From Vicugna vicugna (Eukaryota): a stretch of DNA of 64,000 nt. The notes below the pieces were generated by a model that did not search any database, had not been told where the DNA came from, and saw only the letters and a list, made by a program, of their open reading frames with translations. Below, piece by piece: positions 61,405 to 64,000 of the stretch. The position numbers and the translations under genes were made by a program. Each line of letters starts with the position of its first letter. Position 1 is the first letter of the stretch. Location of the stretch: contig MU058290.1 of NCBI GenBank assembly GCA_013265495.1, forward strand, positions 1-64,000, given 5' to 3'.

Positions 61405-61472
61405 GGCAGAGTGATGGAGTGGTTTGAGCTCCAGTCTCTTTGGAACTGTGAGTTCAACTCCCAGCGGTTTGG
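61405..61472 (+). pseudogene. Degenerate tRNA-Leu pseudogene with an anticodon-arm deletion
   Basis: GGCAGAGTGATGGAGTGGTTTGAG-CTCCAGTCTCTTTGGAACTGTGAGTTCAACTCCCAGCG aligns to the Leu genes at 54851 and 59261 minus about 13-14 nt. A T4 run follows. Confidence 0.7.
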
Positions 61473-62897
61473 TGTCTTTTATATGAATAATCTGCCCTTT
61501 AAACTTCTCCATTGTATCAAAAAGGTACAGAAATTTTAATCAACAGAAAGTGTATGATTCACGAGGACGAGAACTTCATTCTAATTGGATGACATTACCA
61601 GTGTGAAGATTTTTAATTATTCCTTTTGAAAATGATTTACAGAAAAGAAAATCTCTTCTCTCCATGAAATCACTGAAATATCGTGGTCTTTAAAAACCAT
61701 TCTGATTAAAAAGAACCAGAGCTTCTTAGAGGAGTGGCTGATTTTAGGTTTGGGGCAGGAAACATACATGAAGAGCTGGCAAGAAAAGTACTCAGTTATG
61801 TCAAAAATCTGCAGAAGTCAACATTGGCCAAAGATGGAAGAAACCAACCACCAAGCTGAATGCTTACTGCAACTGATTGCAATACATTGAATATAAGAGC
61901 ATATAATAATCTTTTAAATGCAGAAAGAAAAACAGCTTACTGATCACCAGTGGGGATAACTAGGTTAAAATTGTTTACTGTAAAATTTTGCAATAATGGG
62001 TAAGAATCAAGCATTGTCCCTTCCCATTATATGCAAATTCTATTTAAGATGACAAGTAGCTCTAGTTGGTGAATAAAATTTCTTTGAAGAGGAAATCTAG
62101 CCAGTGGATATGGAAGAAATAGAATTAGAAATCATAATTTAGCAACCCCTAAAAAGTAATTCAAGCAGTAATGACCTTGATTCAAAAATATCATTTAATG
62201 ATAGGTTGATGGGGGAAATTACAATGGAGGGAATGAGCTATATTGCTGTGAACCCACTGAGAAATATTAGCATTTAGAATTGAAATTTTATGTGCTTCCT
62301 GAGGTGATGCCCAAATATGAAGTATGTGGGACTGCTTGTGAAGTACTTTTGTAAAAACTCTGAATTTAACGAAGCCTTTATAGTTAATATTCCGTTTTCA
62401 AGAAATGAGAGAGCAGAATAAAAGCATCAGACTGACATTGTCCACAACAAGTAATTCAGTTTCTTTAATATCTGACTGGCAGAGAAACAGAGAGAACAGA
62501 GAGGAAGGAGAAAGAGAGAGACTGAGATAGAGGAGATTTAAAGCAAATATATGTATAAAATTTGTTTCAGTCCTGATTAGATTAAAAGCCTGTTGAGTGC
62601 TATTATAAGAAAATCAGGGAAATTCAGTATGTACTGTGTACTAGATGCTAAAAAAAAATTCATGTTAACTTTGTTGGGTATAAATTTGTGGATACGTAAT
62701 AAGGTTTCATATTATTAGAGAATCATTTTAAAATCGCCGCCGCGGGGTGCTGGTCCACCAAGGAGCCCCGGCGTGTGCGCGGCTCCCTGCCGAGGGGCTT
62801 CCAACCAACCCAAGTCATACTGACCCTGGGGCTTTCCAGTGCCTTGGCTTCCTTCATTTCCACAAAAAGAAATGACCCAGCACTGGCGAGTGTGCGC

Positions 62898-62987
62898 CCT
62901 TCGATAGCTCAGCTGGTAGAGCGGAGGACTGTAGAGAAAATGTTCCCAGACATCCTTAGGTCGCTGGTTCGATTCCGGCTCGAAGGA
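62898..62987 (+). tRNA. tRNA-Tyr(GTA) with a 17-nt intron (62935-62951)
   Basis: Canonical exons; intron AGAAAATGTTCCCAGAC; T4 at about 62999. Confidence 0.97.
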
Positions 62988-63461
62988 GACGCCCTTGCTT
63001 TTACCCTGAAAACCACCAGCCCACCAACCCCTGGTAGTTACCTCCCCGCGCCCAGCGCTACCTCTGCCCCGCAAATTGGCCCCTGCAGCAGACCAGCATT
63101 CCATCTCTCAGGGTAAAGCCAGGAAGCACTCTCCGGAGCCACCCTCACAGATAACTCGCTGCTTTCCTCAGGGAACACACCTTACTTTTTTTCCCCCGAA
63201 ATCCACTGACACATGCCCTTCAGGGCAAAACAGCCCTTCTCTCCTTACTCCTGCCTTAGTGGGTAGCACCAACCAAGAACCCAGAATTTCTGAATATCCC
63301 CACCCGGGGATGCCCGACGGCTACGGAGCCCCGGCGTGTGTGCGGCTTCCTGCCGAGGAGCTTCCAATCAACCCAAGGCTTGTAATCTCTGGGTCCTTTC
63401 AGTGCCTTGGCTTCTGTTATTTCTACTGAAATGAAAGACTCAGCTCTTTGCTTCTGTGCAC

Positions 63462-63555
63462 CCTTCGATAGCTCAGCTGGTAGAGCGGAGGACTGTAGAT
63501 AGTGTGTGTGTGTATAGATATCCTTAGGTCGCTGGTTCGATTCCGGCTCGAAGGA
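63462..63555 (+). tRNA. tRNA-Tyr(GTA) with a 21-nt intron (63499-63519)
   Basis: Canonical exons; intron ATAGTGTGTGTGTGTATAGAT; T4 at about 63572. Confidence 0.97.
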
Positions 63556-64000
63556 GGTGCCGTTCAACAGCTTTTGCCCCATCAAAACCACCACCCTGGC
63601 CCTCACCTCTTTCTGGCAAGTTGGCCCTTGCGGCAGGGGCGGCAGGGCAGCATCTGAACTCTCTTACGACGGAACCTGGAAAGCTCTTCTGGTGCAACCC
63701 TCACAGTCACCTGTGAGCTATTGCCAAGGAACACAACTGTCCCTACTTCTCAAAATCCACAGACCCGTGACCTTCCGCACAGCTTCTTAGCTGGTAGCCC
63801 CATCAGCCAGCCCCCCCAATCTCCCAAGCCTTTACACTTTTATCCCCACCTTTCTCCAGTGAGAGCAGTACCCACTTTGCCACCACCACTTTGCTCAACA
63901 TGGAAAGATCCCTCACAAACACGTGGGCACACAGGAGCTGCCTACCGCAAACCCTGGAGCCTGACAAGCATAGGGGCCATCACACAGCTCCGGGGCAACC

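Larger units (their letters stand above)
62762..63890 (+). repeat. Tandem duplication, unit about 563 bp, each unit carrying a tRNA-Tyr
   Basis: GGAGCCCCGGCGTGTG(C/T)GCGGCT(C/T)CCTGCCGAGG..CTTCCAA.CAACCCAAG at 62762 and 63325. Downstream AAAACCACCA, TTGGCCC.TGC, CCCTCACAG and GGAACACA motifs also repeat. Confidence 0.85.

Overview
Mammalian genomic DNA, most likely camelid (camel or alpaca), judged by seven Vic-1-type tRNA-derived SINEs and a camelid-style L1 3' end. The window is the RNase A superfamily locus orthologous to human 14q11.2. The minus strand carries four genes, each with one intact coding exon: RNASE6, one EDDM3 (EDDM3B-like), RNASE4 and an angiogenin. ANG and RNASE4 share two non-coding first exons: a liver-type exon II with an HNF1 site at about 35.8-36.1 kb, and a CpG-island exon I at about 40.3 kb. 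A Pol III cluster follows, with Pro-TGG, Thr-TGT, Leu-TAG, Leu-AAG, three intron-containing Tyr-GTA genes and a degenerate Leu pseudogene. The rest is mostly LTR, L1, SINE and MER repeats. I found no wholly new biological system. The best leads are: (1) the only angiogenin looks like the bovine ANG2 type and seems to have lost the canonical poly(A) signal; (2) RNASE6 has an unpaired ninth cysteine; (3) a U6/L1 chimeric retrogene; (4) an orphan polyadenylated retro-insert with target-site duplications; (5) tRNA gene birth and death by tandem duplication and microhomology deletion. Comparisons with human and bovine orthologs are from memory and need alignment to confirm. Repeat boundaries are approximate unless TSDs are quoted.
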